From assembly GCA_002269645.1 (NCBI GenBank), contig NIVC01000851.1, forward strand, positions 1-64,000: 64,000 nt of DNA, read 5' to 3'. The translations under genes and the position numbers were made by a program. The notes below the pieces were generated by a model, which was not told the DNA's origin, ran no database searches, and saw only the letters and a program-made list of their open reading frames with translations. Shown piece after piece: positions 39,120-51,778 of this stretch (position 1 is the first letter of the stretch; every line of letters starts with the position of its first letter). The stretch comes from Macrostomum lignano. Taxonomy: Eukaryota.

Positions 39120-39800
39120 CCTATCTGAGTCCTCTCTGACTCATCTGAGTCCTCTCTGACTCATCTGAGTCCTCTCTGACTCATTTAAGTCCTCTCTGAC
39201 TCATCTGAGTCCTCTCTGACTCATTTAAGTCCTCTCTGACTCATCTGAGTCCTCTCTGACTTATTTGAGTCCTCTCTGACTCATTTGAGTCCTCTCTGAC
39301 TCATCTGAGTCCTCTCTGACTCATTTGAGTCCTCTCTGACTCATTTGAGTCCTCTCTGACTCATCTGAGTCCTCTCTGACTCATTTGAGTCCTCTCTGAC
39401 TCATTTGAGTCCTCTCTGACTTATTTGAGTCCTCTCTGACTCATTTGAGTCCTCTCTGACTCATCTGAGTCCTCTCTGACTCATTTGAGTCCTCTCTGAC
39501 TCATTTGAGTCCTCTCTGACTCATCTGAGTCCTCTCTGACTCATTTGAGTCCTCTCTGACTCATTTGAGTCCTCTCTGACTCATCTGAGTCCTCTCTGAC
39601 TCATTTGAGTCCTCTCTGACTCGTTTGAGTCCTCTCTGACTCATTTGAGTCCTCTCTGACTCATTTGAGTCCTCTCTGACTCATTTGAGTCCTCTCTGAC
39701 TCATTTGAGTCCTCTCTGACTCATTTGAGTCCTCTCTGACTCATCTGAGTCCTTTTTGACTCCTCTGATTACTCTCTGACTCATTTCAATCTTTTCAGAC
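39120..39800. repeat. 20-bp minisatellite (CTGACTCATTTGAGTCCTCT) downstream of ESD
   Basis: Read directly; shares the CTCATTTGAGTCCT core with the intron-2 array. Confidence 0.96.
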
Positions 39801-40879
39801 TCCTTGATTAACCCTAGACGCCTAATGCACATAATTTTCTAACGCCTTCATCATATTTACGATTATAATTATGCTAGCAGTTTTGTCATGGCTATTCTGA
39901 ATCAGAAACTGAAATCAATTTATCGCCCCTATGATTTGTCAAATTTATATTATTCAACTCATTATAGCGCCGAGACATACAATATAGCCATTTGACTGAT
40001 TCTCCGTTTTCAACCTCTGTTGTAGCCCTAACAACTTATAGTGTCTGTAGTGTTTCATGATTGATTTGATTATTCGTTTTTCTATATTCATCTTTGTTCC
40101 GGTGTTTTGTTCCGCAATAAATTTAATTAATCTTAACAACCAGTGAAAATATAACAAAAAATATTGTCGTTACTTCGTGTCATCTTATTAGGATTTATGA
40201 AATAATCAGAAGAATTTCTCGTCGGTTTTAAATGATTTTAGTTCTCACGATCATACCTTTTACTGTAAGTAGGGTAGTTGGGAATAGGCTAGTTTACTAA
40301 TTGAAAGAAGCATTTTGCAAACTTTTTTCATTTGCATTTCAATTTTCAAGCCTTGTTGCTTGGCAACCAGAACTGACCAGTGGTTCAGTTTCCCCCGGGG
40401 TCGGGTTTCGTTGAGAACTGCTCAAATTTTTCAATTTTTTGGTGAGGTGAGAAGTTGCACTATTCAAATTTAGAATTTTTTGGCTAGGACTTAAGATGGC
40501 TTTAAGGAGAACAATGGCCTGTCCAATGCAAGGGTTAATGATGCCCCCTATAACTCCAAGGTGTGCATCGATTCTGCTGTAATTATGTTTCTTGATGGGC
40601 AGGTGACTTCCTATGGTACGTGAGTAGAGAGTTAGCGACTCCAGACCTTGGTTGGTAGGAAATGGCTGCATTCTATTGTACTTTTCCTACTTCCTGTGCT
40701 GTGTATTGACTAACCATCTTTTCACAAGGCGCCCCGCAAAATGTAGAATGTTCCAGATTTTCGTCCACTTTTTTTTTTACATCTTAAGTCGTTGCTACAG
40801 TACATCTGTATTGTCCTTGCTTTTAGAAAAGTTATAGATTAATGCTGCATAAGAAGGTAGAACTGTAGTTAGCAAAAGC

Positions 40880-41045
40880 TATTGTGCTCAGAACTGCTAG
40901 CCAATTACAGCAGGGTGAGCTGTTGCTCAGAGCTGGCAGCCAATCACAGCAGGGTGAGCTGTAGCTCAGAGCTGCCAGCCAATCACAGCAGGGTGAGTTG
41001 GAGCTCAGAGCAGAGCTGCCAGCCAATCGCAGCAGGGTGGGCTGC
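40880..41045. repeat. Short degenerate tandem repeat carrying CCAAT (CAGAGCTGCCAGCCAATCACAGCAGGGTGAGCT)
   Basis: About 4 copies read directly. Confidence 0.8.
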
Positions 41046-41729
41046 AGCTTTCACGGCGAACACCAACAAGCAGCCGCCTACCTATTCAACTTCAAGTACT
41101 AACCGAGGCCAACTGTGCTTAACTCTACAACAATACGGAGACAACGTATTGTAGACAACATACTACAATATTGAATTTCCAAAAGAAGATAAAGCGCACA
41201 AATTACTGATTTCTGGTGTTTTTAAAGTGAGACAAAAATAGATAAAACTTTTCTCAGTAGTTTTCAGTCACTGCACGATCTTAATGAGAAAAAGCATTTA
41301 GAGCCAGCTCGGGATAAAATAAATATTAGGGCCTACCTAAATAGATCCGCGCAAATTCAATTTAACGGCTTTTATGAGCAGGGCATATTTATGGTAGTCC
41401 GTGTACACGATCAAGTGTGAGGCACTGAGGTTTATGAAAGTACATGAAATCTAATGAAAAAATATGGACAGTAACTTTTTATATAGATTTGCCTTTGAAA
41501 AGAATGTACTTTATTTTAAAAAATACTCTATGGCGAGAGTCAGTGGCGATACGGGGTTTACGAGCTCGTACAACTTTATTTATGCAGGAGGAGTGAGGGA
41601 AAACAAAAGTACGAAAATCGACTATTTTTAAAGTATTCTCTGTCACTCCTAATACCGATTTTTATGTTCTCGGCGGTTCGATTTAGTCTGATCCGAGGAT
41701 GCTGGAAACTTTTGCCCAGCGATGCTCTC

Positions 41730-41928
41730 TCAGGGTCTCCACGGCCTGCTGTGAACTGCTGTGCCGTTGACCATTCTGTCGTTGCCGCTCCAGTAGCCGC
41801 TGCCGGCGCTGTGGACACTGCCTGGCCTCGAAGAGGCGCCGCCATTGCGAACTCCGCGATGGAAGATCACCCACTCGGTCTTGGCGCTGCCGCTGGCGCC
41901 CTGACCCACCGCCGCCACGATCCGAGAG
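41730..41928 (-). CDS. Probable terminal exon of the Ig-domain gene
   Basis: Acceptor CTCGCAG; the phase-2 entry matches the preceding exon; open frame SRIVAAVGQG...RPWRP* to TGA. Confidence 0.55.
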
Positions 41929-41980
41929 CTGCGAGCCAATCAGAGATCGGGAAGCTCTCATTAGCCAATCGGAGATCAGG

Positions 41981-43017
41981 CAAGGACTTCTAGACTAACA
42001 GGACGTAAAACTCAAAGATCGTGCAATTTTTTGGAGGCCACGATTTCCTGGAAAAAATACACTGCGAAGATAGGAAAAAATCTGTTTTTCGTCACAAAAT
42101 CTGTGATTGTATTTGATCTGGAGCAGTGAAGACTACCATTCTTTTAATTTAACATGCACAACATGTTACTCTATTATATTTTCATATAGCTGTGTAGTGA
42201 AGTTTTCATTTTCATATTGTTTTCACTTTATTTCATAAGCCCAAAGTTGCAAACTCACAAGTGGCATTAGCCAAACTTTTTGTGTTGTTCTTTTTAAAAT
42301 AAAGTATAAAAACATTGCAAGTAGGTACTCTTAGTCTTAAGCTATTATTGTAGGTTTAGCAACTATACTAATTCCTAGGCCTACTAGAACTAGACCTATC
42401 ACTACACTATCTAGCCTAATAAGTAATTAAATTTAGACAATGATTTTTTTATTATATATAGATTACCAATACATAGTTTCATATGGTTGGTTACCTAGGC
42501 TTGAGAAAGCTGTATTATCAGTTTTTAAGCCAAGCCTATATTTAAGACTAAGATTTAAGAAGAATCTAGACTTAATCACAAAAATAGGCCCTAACCATTT
42601 TTACTAGGTATCAAAAAGAAAAAACATTGATTAGTCCTTTTATAATTTTTATTTTAAAGGCTAAAAATATTATTATATTACAAATTTGAATAGCTTTTCT
42701 TTTCTTGAATTGGATATTTGGCTAGGCCTAATGCCACTTGTGAGTTTGCAACTTTGGGCTTATGAAATAAAGTGAAAACAATATGAAAATTAAAACTTCA
42801 TTACATAGCTATATGAAAATATAATAGAGTAACATGTTGTGCATGTTAAATTAAAAGAATGGTAGTCTTCACTGCCCCAGATCAAATACAATCACAGATT
42901 TTGTGACGAAAAACAGATTTTTTCCTATCTTCGCAGTGTATTTTTTCCAGGAAATCGTGGCCTCCAAAAAATTGCACGATCTTTGAGTTTTACGTCCTGT
43001 TAGTCTAGAAGTCCTTG
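41981..43017. mobile_element. Non-autonomous hAT-type element (1037 bp), about 290-bp TIRs, 8-bp TSD
   Basis: 41981-42272 is the reverse complement of about 42725-43017; termini CAAGGACTTC...GAAGTCCTTG; AGATCAGG on both sides (41973-41980, 43018-43025). An 8-bp TSD and YARNG terminus are hAT hallmarks. Confidence 0.9.
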
Positions 43018-43235
43018 AGATCAGGAAGCTCTCGTAGACAATCAGAGATCGGGAAGCTCTCATTAGCCAATCAGAGATCGGGAAGCTCTCAATAGCCAAT
43101 CAGAAATAGTAGCTCTCAAAGACCAGTCCAGCTTATATCTAATCTAACAATGACACTCATTAATAATTCATCGTATGAGCCATCGTCCTCTGACTTGCAT
43201 GTACCTATGACATATCTCTATACCCATCTCATTAC

Positions 43236-43438
43236 CTGTCAATGGTATCTGAGCCCTGTACAATGAGCAAGCCTGAACAGGTGGCAATGCCCGAGTCATT
43301 CTCGGCTGTCACGCTGTACCGCCCAGCCTCTGCGACAGTGACCCGGTGCACCAGCAGGCGGTGTGTTTGGCCGCGTTGATAAACTTCAAACCGGCTGTCA
43401 TCTGCTCTGATTGGTTGGCCGCGGAAACTCCAAGTTAC
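43236..43438 (-). CDS. Ig I-set exon (second half of the last Ig domain)
   Basis: VTWSFRGQPI...HRLLVHRVTVAEAGRYSVTAENDSGIATCSGLLIV; AG/GT ends, phase 0 to 2. Confidence 0.88.
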
Positions 43439-44012
43439 CTTCAATTTTTTTATATTATTATTGGGTTATGCTTTTTAATAAATATTGGAGTTCAAATCAG
43501 GAGCTATCTAACATAATAACTGGTCCTTTTGATTAAGGATTCTCTGTTGATGCCCAGTTTCTATTTAAAAGAATTGTTTTAGTTGAATGTACATGCAACA
43601 CGTGACGATAGCGGAGGAGAATTATTTGCTGACCGAATAAAATCTCGGCAAAAGTACAGTTTCAAGGCGACGCGATAAAGTGTATGGTTCAAGGTCACTT
43701 GTTTCATAGGCCTACATTATTGAATTATATAGAGCATATAGTTTGACCTTGAAATTTGCCACGCGGCATTCCCGTGACCAACGGCCTTGGGAATTTCTCA
43801 GAAGCCTCTAAGAAACTTAGAACGTAGACACGCGCGCATGCTGCCCCTAATTGGCCAAGAAAGAAGTCACGTGACAATAGCATGTTTCTTCCTATGACCT
43901 ACAATCACGCGACAGCTGCGTGACATCCCTAATTGACCCCAGAATATTGGTTTGGTATATACAAGTATATTTAATTCAAGATAAACTCGGAATCCGCGCC
44001 CTCCAAACGTAC

Positions 44013-44441
44013 CTCTGGCTCCGGCCAGGCGCTTATCTCGCATTCGAGCGACATTCGGTCGCCGGGCCGGCAGAACTCGTCCCGGAATAGGCGCAAAAAT
44101 TCCGGCGGTGACTGACGCTTCAGCTGCTGCCACTGGACACGTTGCTGCCTTCGCCGCAGCTCCTCGTTGTCCGTCTCGTCCGCCTGAGTCTCGCAGGCGT
44201 TGCCATTGACAACGCCGTGTTCGCTGTCAATGCTGGCACGTCTGACAGCCGACAGAACAACTGGCTGCCACTGCTGCTCCGGCTTCTTCGGCTGGTAGGT
44301 TTCATTAGATTCGGACACTCTGACCAGGCACTGGCACTCGGTGGAGCCGATGGGATTCCAGGCTTCCACCTTGTATAGTCCGGCGTGATCCAGCGTCACG
44401 TGCTGCATCAGCAGCTTGTGCTCGTCGCCTGATTCAGAGAG
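44013..44441 (-). CDS. Ig I-set exon (end of one Ig domain, linker, start of the next)
   Basis: HKLLMQHVTLDHAGLYKVEAWNPIGSTECQCLVRV...PPEFLRLFRDEFCRPGDRMSLECEISAWPEPE; 429 nt, phase 0/0. Confidence 0.9.
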
Positions 44442-44514
44442 CTGAGGAAGAGACATTTTTGTCAGACCTTGCTTGCTGGAGTTGCACTGAGTCGTATAAA
44501 TTCATGGCGGGCGA

Positions 44515-44910
44515 GTCACCTCCACATTAATGTCACCTGCACACTAATGCCCTGTCACCTCCACATTAATGCCACCTGCACACTAATGCCCTGTCACCTC
44601 CACATTAATGCCACCTGCACACTAATGCCCTGTCACCTCCACATTAATGCCACCTGCACACTAATGCCCTGTCACCTCCACATTAATGTCACCTGCACAC
44701 TAATGCCCTGTCACCTCCACACAAATGTCACCTGCACACTAATGCCCTGTCACCTCCACATTAATGTCACCTGCACACTAATGCCCTGTCACCTCCACAT
44801 TAATGTCACCTGCACACTAATGCCCTGTCACCTCCACATTAATGCCACCTACACACTAATGCCCTGTCACCTCCACATTAATGTCACCTGCACACTAATG
44901 CCCTGTCAGC
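44515..44910. repeat. 39-bp intronic minisatellite
   Basis: CACCTCCACATTAATGTCACCTGCACACTAATGCCCTGT; 13-aa periodic ORF. Confidence 0.96.
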
Positions 44911-45235
44911 TGAATCCAGCTCCTATAGTTTTTCATGCATGAGAATATAGTCATTTCCTGCTCAGAAGCATTCAGACTTAAGCAGAGAAGCAGAAGCTAG
45001 CTAAATTGCTAGGAAAGTCGTCTCCATTGCTAGATGCAGAGAGCAATGATAGTGAGCATTTTTAATAGCTCGTACAATAAAAGTGCAGGAACTGGCATGC
45101 AATTGTGTAGATGGAATAGAGCAATTTGTTACCTCGCTGCAAATCTGTAAATTGATCAATGGTTTTTAAAAGCATCAAAATCAAACAAAAATGCAAAATA
45201 CAACCAGAGCTAATGCTACCCAAAGCGAGGCTCAC

Positions 45236-45465
45236 CATGACAAAGTTGTTGCTATGGAGACGAGCTCCATCTTTGTGCCAGGCAACCTGCGGCCTGGGAT
45301 AGCCGTGAACTGTACAGATGAAGGTCACCTTGTCGCCAACTTGCACGTCCAGCTGTTCGCTGAAGCTGCCGGAGAATCTCGGCGCGAACGGAGTCGGAGA
45401 TGCCAGAGGCGATCCGCGACTGGGCGCTGGGTCTGGCGGCAGAGGGTCAGGGAGTAGCCGGTAAG
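45236..45465 (-). CDS. Ig I-set exon (first half of a domain), copy 1
   Basis: APRFSGSFSEQLDVQVGDKVTFICTVHGYPRPQVAWHKDGARL; donor ATG|GTGAGC. The 5' boundary is uncertain (alternative acceptor near 45510). Confidence 0.85.
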
Positions 45466-45914
45466 CTGCGCGATGGAGGGTCAGGGGGAGCGGAAGGGCA
45501 CGCGTCTAGAGGGGACTGATGGGTTGGGTCAGAGATGGGGCTAAGAGTTTGGGTCAGAGATGGGGCTAAGAGTTTGGGTCAGAGATGGGGCTAAGAGTTT
45601 GGGTTAGAGATGGGGCTAGAGGTTAGTCAATGGTCAAGGGTCAAGGTTAAGCGATGGGTCAAGGGATGGGTCAAGGGACGGGTCAAGGGACGGGTTAAGG
45701 GGTGGGTGAAGGGATATGGATCCAGGAATGGGTCAAAAGACGGGTCAAGGGATGTGTCAAGGGATGTGGATAAAGGGATGGGTCAAAAAATAGATTAAGG
45801 GATGGGTCAGGGAATGAGCCAAGGGACGGGTCAACGGATGGGTCAACGGATGGGTCTAGGGTTGGATCGATAGGTAGATAAAGAGATAAGGACTCGATCT
45901 GTTTCTGTAGGTGG

Positions 45915-46410
45915 GTCGAGAGCCTAGTTGAGAGTCTAAGACGAGAGCCTGGGTCAAGAGCCTGGTCGAGAGTCTGGGACGAGAGTCTGGGACGAGAGCC
46001 TGGTCGAGAGTCTGGGTCGAGAGTCTGGGTCGAGAGCCTGGTCGAGAGTCTGGGTCGAGAGTCTGGGTCGAGAGTCTGGGTCGAGAGTCTGGGTCGAGAG
46101 TCTGGGTCGAGAGTCTGGGTCGAGAGTCTGGGTCGAGAGTCTGGGTCGAGAGTCTTGGTCGAGAGTCTGGGTCGAGAGTCTGGGTCGAGAGTCTGGGTCG
46201 AGAGCCTGGGACGAGAGCCTGGTCGAGAGTCTGGGTCGAGAGCCTGGTCGAGAGCCTGGTCGAGAGTCTGGGTCGAGAGCCTGGTCGAGAGCCTGGTCGA
46301 GAGTCTGGGTCGAGAGTCTGGGTCGAGAGCCTGCATGGTCGAGAGTCTGGGTTGAAAGTCTGGGTCGAGAGTCTGGGTCGAGAGTCTGGGTCGAGAGTCT
46401 GGGTCGAGAG
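45915..46410. repeat. 13-bp minisatellite (CTGGGTCGAGAGT), duplicated at about 54007-54502
   Basis: Read directly. Confidence 0.95.
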
Positions 46411-46934
46411 TAAAGTAAGATGTCGATCAAAGTCAAGTGCTGGATCGAATGCTGGCCTGTGGTTGGGTTATGAGATCGGTCAGGAGACCTGACCAAAGAA
46501 GCCCAGTAACTCAACGTATGGAAAGAATCGCCCCATTACATGTTTATAAGGGTATAAATATTTATACCCTTACTTTGAAAGTTCTGACAAACTAACAAGC
46601 ATTTACTTTGAGGTCCTTATAGAAACCAAAATCAATATCGTAAATTTGTCCAAAGCCTGCAAACGCTGCAACTGAATTGCCAAGCAAAGATTTCTATTAA
46701 TAGGTCTAGCTTCCCGTGTGTCTGGTCCCGACTGCGCCGCCAGATAGGTAATTAATTATTAATTAGTTCAAAATCCAATGCAATGAACTCCGCTGCTGAA
46801 ATAGCTAGCTGATGAAGAGGCTGAATTCCGGTGTGGCCTGTGGTAGATCGTAAACCATTCAAGATGTGCCTTCATCAGGTAAGCTGAGAGCGGTATGGGC
46901 ATTTTGAAAAGGGTGCAGGGAATTGGGGAAAAGA

Positions 46935-47830
46935 CTGTGAATGAGCACAGTGTGAATGAAGAGGCTGTGAATGAAGAGACTGTGAATAAGGAGACTGTGA
47001 ATAAATAGCCTGTAAATTAGCACACTGTAAATGAAGAAACTGTGAATGAAGAGACTCTGAATTAAAATACTGTGAATGAAGAGACTGTGAATGAGTACAC
47101 TGTGAATGAAGAGGCTGTGAATGAAGAGACTGTGAATAAGGAGACTGAATGAAGAGACTGTGAGTGAAGAGACTTTGAATGAAGAGACTGTGAATGAAGA
47201 GACTGTGAGTGAAGAGACTTTGAATGAAGAGACTGTGAATGAAGAGATTGTGAAGGTGAATAAAGCGACTGTGAATGAAGAGACTGTGAATGAGGAGACT
47301 GTGAATGAAGAGATTGTGAAGGTGAATAAAGCGACTGTGAATGAAGAGACTGTGAATGAGGAGACTGTGAATGAAGAGACTGTGAATGAAGAGACTGTGA
47401 ATGAAGAGACTGTGAATGAAGAGACTGTGAATGAAGAGACTGTGAATGAAGAGACTGTGAATGAAGAGACTGTGAATGAAGAGACTGTGAATGAAGAGAC
47501 TGTGAATGAAGAGACTGTGAATGAAGAGACTGTGAATGAAGAGACTGTGAATGAGGAGACTGTGAATGAAGAGACTATGAATGAAGAGACTGTGAATGAG
47601 GAGACTGTGAATGAGGAGACTGTGAATGAAGAGACTGTGAATGAGGAGACTGTGAATGAAGAGACTGTGAATAAAGCGACTGTGAATGAGGAGACTGTGA
47701 ATGAAGAGACTGTGAATAAAGCGACTGTGAATGAGGAGACTGTGAATGAGGAGACTGTGAATGAAGAGACTGTGAATGAGGAGACTGTGAATGAAGAGAC
47801 TGTGAATGAAGAGACTGTGAATGAGGAGAC
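46935..47830. repeat. 15-bp minisatellite (GACTGTGAATGAAGA), duplicated at about 55027-55922
   Basis: Read directly; NEETV periodic ORF. Confidence 0.96.
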
Positions 47831-48399
47831 TATAATTGTTTTCAGTCGGGAATGAAATAAGTGAGCCTCAGCCAGGTCCTGTGCTGTTGGATTGCAGGAC
47901 ACAAAAATATTTCCGAAGCCCCACCCGACCCTCAGAAGCAGGGGGGGGGGGGGGCGGCGGAGAGGACAACCGAAGGAAATCGATGTCAAGTACAGGGCCG
48001 CGGCACCGGCGGTCGATATTGAAATAAGACTGATTTTCTCTGCCTGTGCCTCTCCCTATCTGGAGGCGCAGTCCATAAGACCCCAGCCGGCGCTGACAAA
48101 CAGCAGTGGCGGGCGGCCATAGTCCACCCGTGCAGAGGAATAATAGGGGGGACTCTGATCAAGCGCTGCAAGTTTTATGGTTTGTTGATCGATAAGAGGG
48201 CTTGACGTGGAGTGGAGTGAGTATGTGGAGACGGGAGGTGATATGCTAATGCTAATGCTCATAGCTGCTGCTCAGAGTTCCGCCTGGAAATTACATTTAT
48301 GAGTGTGAGATCGGATGGACAAAGGGACTGAAAAAAGATGAATAAGATTCTCAACAACAGGTGCGCAGACAACCAAAATATGTAGGCAGACAGGCAAAG

Positions 48400-49078
48400 C
48401 ATTGGGCTAGACACTCGGGACAGGTGAATGGACACCCCAAGACAGGTGTAGGCAGACACTCAAGACAGGTGAATGGATACCCCCAAGACAGGTGTATGCA
48501 GACACTCAAGACAGGTGTAGGCAGACACTCAAGACAGGTGAATGGACACCCCCAAGACAGGTGTATGCAGACAATCAAGACAGGTGTAGGCAGACACTCA
48601 AGACAGGTGAATGGACACCCCCAAGACAGGTGTATGCAGACACTCAAGACAGGTGTAGGCAGACACTCAAGACAGGTGAATGGACACCCCAAGACATGTG
48701 TATGCAGACACTCAAGACAGGTGTAGGCAGACACTCAAGACAGGTGTAGGCAGACACTTAAGACAGGTGTAGGCAGACACTCAAGACAGGTGTAGGCAGA
48801 CACTTAAGACAGGTGTAGGCAGACACTCAAAACAGGTGTAGGCAGACACTCAAAACAGGTGTAGGCAGACACTCAAGACAGGTGTAGGCAGACACTTAAG
48901 ACAGGTGTAGGCAGACACTCAAGACAGGTGTAGGCAGACACTTAAGACAGGTGTAGGCAGACACTCAAGACAGGTGTAGGCAGACACTCAAGACAGGTGT
49001 AGGCAGACACTCAAGACAGGTGTAGGCAGACACTCAAGACAGGTGTAGGCAGACACTCAAGACAGGTGTAGGCAGACA
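48400..49078. repeat. 23-bp minisatellite (GACAGGTGTAGGCAGACACTCAA), duplicated at about 56495-57173
   Basis: Read directly. Confidence 0.96.
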
Positions 49079-49117
49079 GGTTTATGTAGGATCGATCGGC
49101 TCAATTCAGCAGCTCAC

Positions 49118-49409
49118 GTCCACCTCCAGAGGTGTCGTAAGTCGCGGCGACCCGCACGTGACACCTGGACTCGACGCGGCCCTCGCAGTTCTCAGCGACC
49201 ACCGAGTACACCCCGGCGTCGCCACGGCGAACCGCCGGCAGGTCGAGCCAGAACTCGCCCCGCTCCGGGTCCGAGTCGGTGCCGAATTTCGCCCGCCGGC
49301 CGTCCATTGGCCGACCGTTGAACAGCCAGGAGACCCGCGGCGGCGGCCGGCCCGTGATGCGGCAGCTCAGCCTCAGGCGAGCACCCTCGGACACCAGCTC
49401 TTCGTCCAT
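49118..49409 (-). CDS. Complete Ig I-set domain exon, copy 1 (5' boundary uncertain)
   Basis: VSEGARLRLSCRITGRPPPRVSWLFNG...FWLDLPAVRRGDAGVYSVVAENCEGRVESRCHVRV; donor GGAC|GTGAGC. Confidence 0.88.
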
Positions 49410-50055
49410 CGCTGTCTGTCCGAGTTTTTTGGATGATGGGGGAGAAGATCGATGGAAGGCAGACCGGTTAAATTCTGCGCTGCTTTGTTTATTTCTGCTT
49501 CTGCTGCCGTTGCTGCTTCTGCACTCCTGGCAGTAGCCCCCCTGTTTCTCTCGTTATCTATCACTGCTGAGTCCCTGTGCTCAGCGGAGTCCGGGGAGGG
49601 GGTCTCCGCGCTCCAGCAGGAACCAATCCGAGGGCAGGGGAAGTCCCCGCGTCTCCTCATGCATGAATTCATTCTCCCTTCCCCCAAATCATCTCTTTCT
49701 CTCTCTCTCAGCCTTCGCCTGTAGGCAGGGAGAGGCTTAGCGACAGAGTTTTGGCTTGGGGATCTATAAATACACGAGCTTACCTTACACGGGCCAAGCA
49801 GGGATTTCTACTTTGGCGAGAGAGTACATTGATTTTGCTGGAGATCCTGTCTTTTTCCTTACTACTCTACTTATAGTAAGAATAATGCGTTTATTTATCG
49901 ATATTTTTGGGATCTAATGACGCAGAATTATACTACTATACAGCGCCTTAGAAAAACAAATTTTGAGTCATTTGGGCCACCCGTCAAGCAGCAGTGCTAA
50001 GAGTGCCCGCACTTCCTGTCATCGTCTGTCTAATTTGCTAATTTGGGTTTTCTCA

Positions 50056-50256
50056 GGCATTTTTTATTTAGCAGCGCATTGGTGCCCTCCTTGCCAACCA
50101 AAGACTAGAATTGCATATTTATGTGCCATGCAGGCAGCGGCCATTAACATTTAGTTGCTGCCCTGTTTTGCATTATCTGGCTGCTCCCAGCAAATTCTTC
50201 ATTACTTTGAACAGTGCGCGACGGGGAATCCATGGGGGAATGCAGATATTGGAAAT
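50056..50256 (+). pseudogene. Decayed nucleoredoxin/tryparedoxin-like (WCPPC) fragment, copy 1
   Basis: One frame reads GIFYLAAHWCPPCQPKTRIAYLCAMQAAAINI*LLPCFALSGCSQQILHYFEQCATGNPW after a TTTTCTCAG acceptor, resembling the recalled G.YFSAHWCPPCR..TP.L..Y...F EI.FVSSD...F..YF..MPW. Confidence 0.5.
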
Positions 50257-50264
50257 ATGAATGA

Positions 50265-50525
50265 CTACTTCTACCTACCTGCCTGCCTACCTAACTAACT
50301 ACCTACCTACCTACCTACCTACCTACCTACCTACCTACATACCTAATTATCTACTACCTACCTACCTACCCACCTACATACCTGCCTACCTGCCTACCTG
50401 CCTACCTGCCTCCCTACCTGTCTACCTACCTACCTATCTGCCTGCCTACCTACCTACCTACCTACCTACCTACGTGCCTACCTACCTCCCTACCTCCCTA
50501 CCTACCTACCTATCTGCCTACCTCA
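50265..50525. repeat. (CTAC)n microsatellite, duplicated at about 58360-58620
   Basis: Read directly. Confidence 0.95.
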
Positions 50526-50789
50526 AATAAAGGCAAGGTTTCCGGCCAAGCGGCTCCAACACCTCCCTGTCGGCAAGTGTCACGCGCCCTGGGCATACAT
50601 TACCCGGGCAGTGCAACAGATTGCCGCCTCTTGTGAGCGAAGAAGTAAATCAAAATGTGTGGGGTGCCGGGCCATTCATTTTATAAAAAATAACTCAAGA
50701 GACAGACGTGCGCAGACAGGTGCATTTGGAAATGAATGCAGACTAGCCTCACCTATAGGCTCTTAACAGCTGGAGAGCCATTGGGACTG

Positions 50790-51778
<989 letters not shown>

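Noticed and set aside
40339-40671. 110-aa minus-strand ORF
   Set aside because: No recognisable domain or splice support.
47160-47855. 231-aa acidic NEETV repeat ORF (and its copy at 55252)
   Set aside because: 15-bp minisatellite antisense to an intron; non-ATG start and no flanking exon evidence.
48056-48290. Possible alternative terminal exon after the Ig exon (acceptor TTTCCAG at about 48288)
   Set aside because: All frames stop quickly or lack motifs; cannot be distinguished from intron sequence without cDNA.
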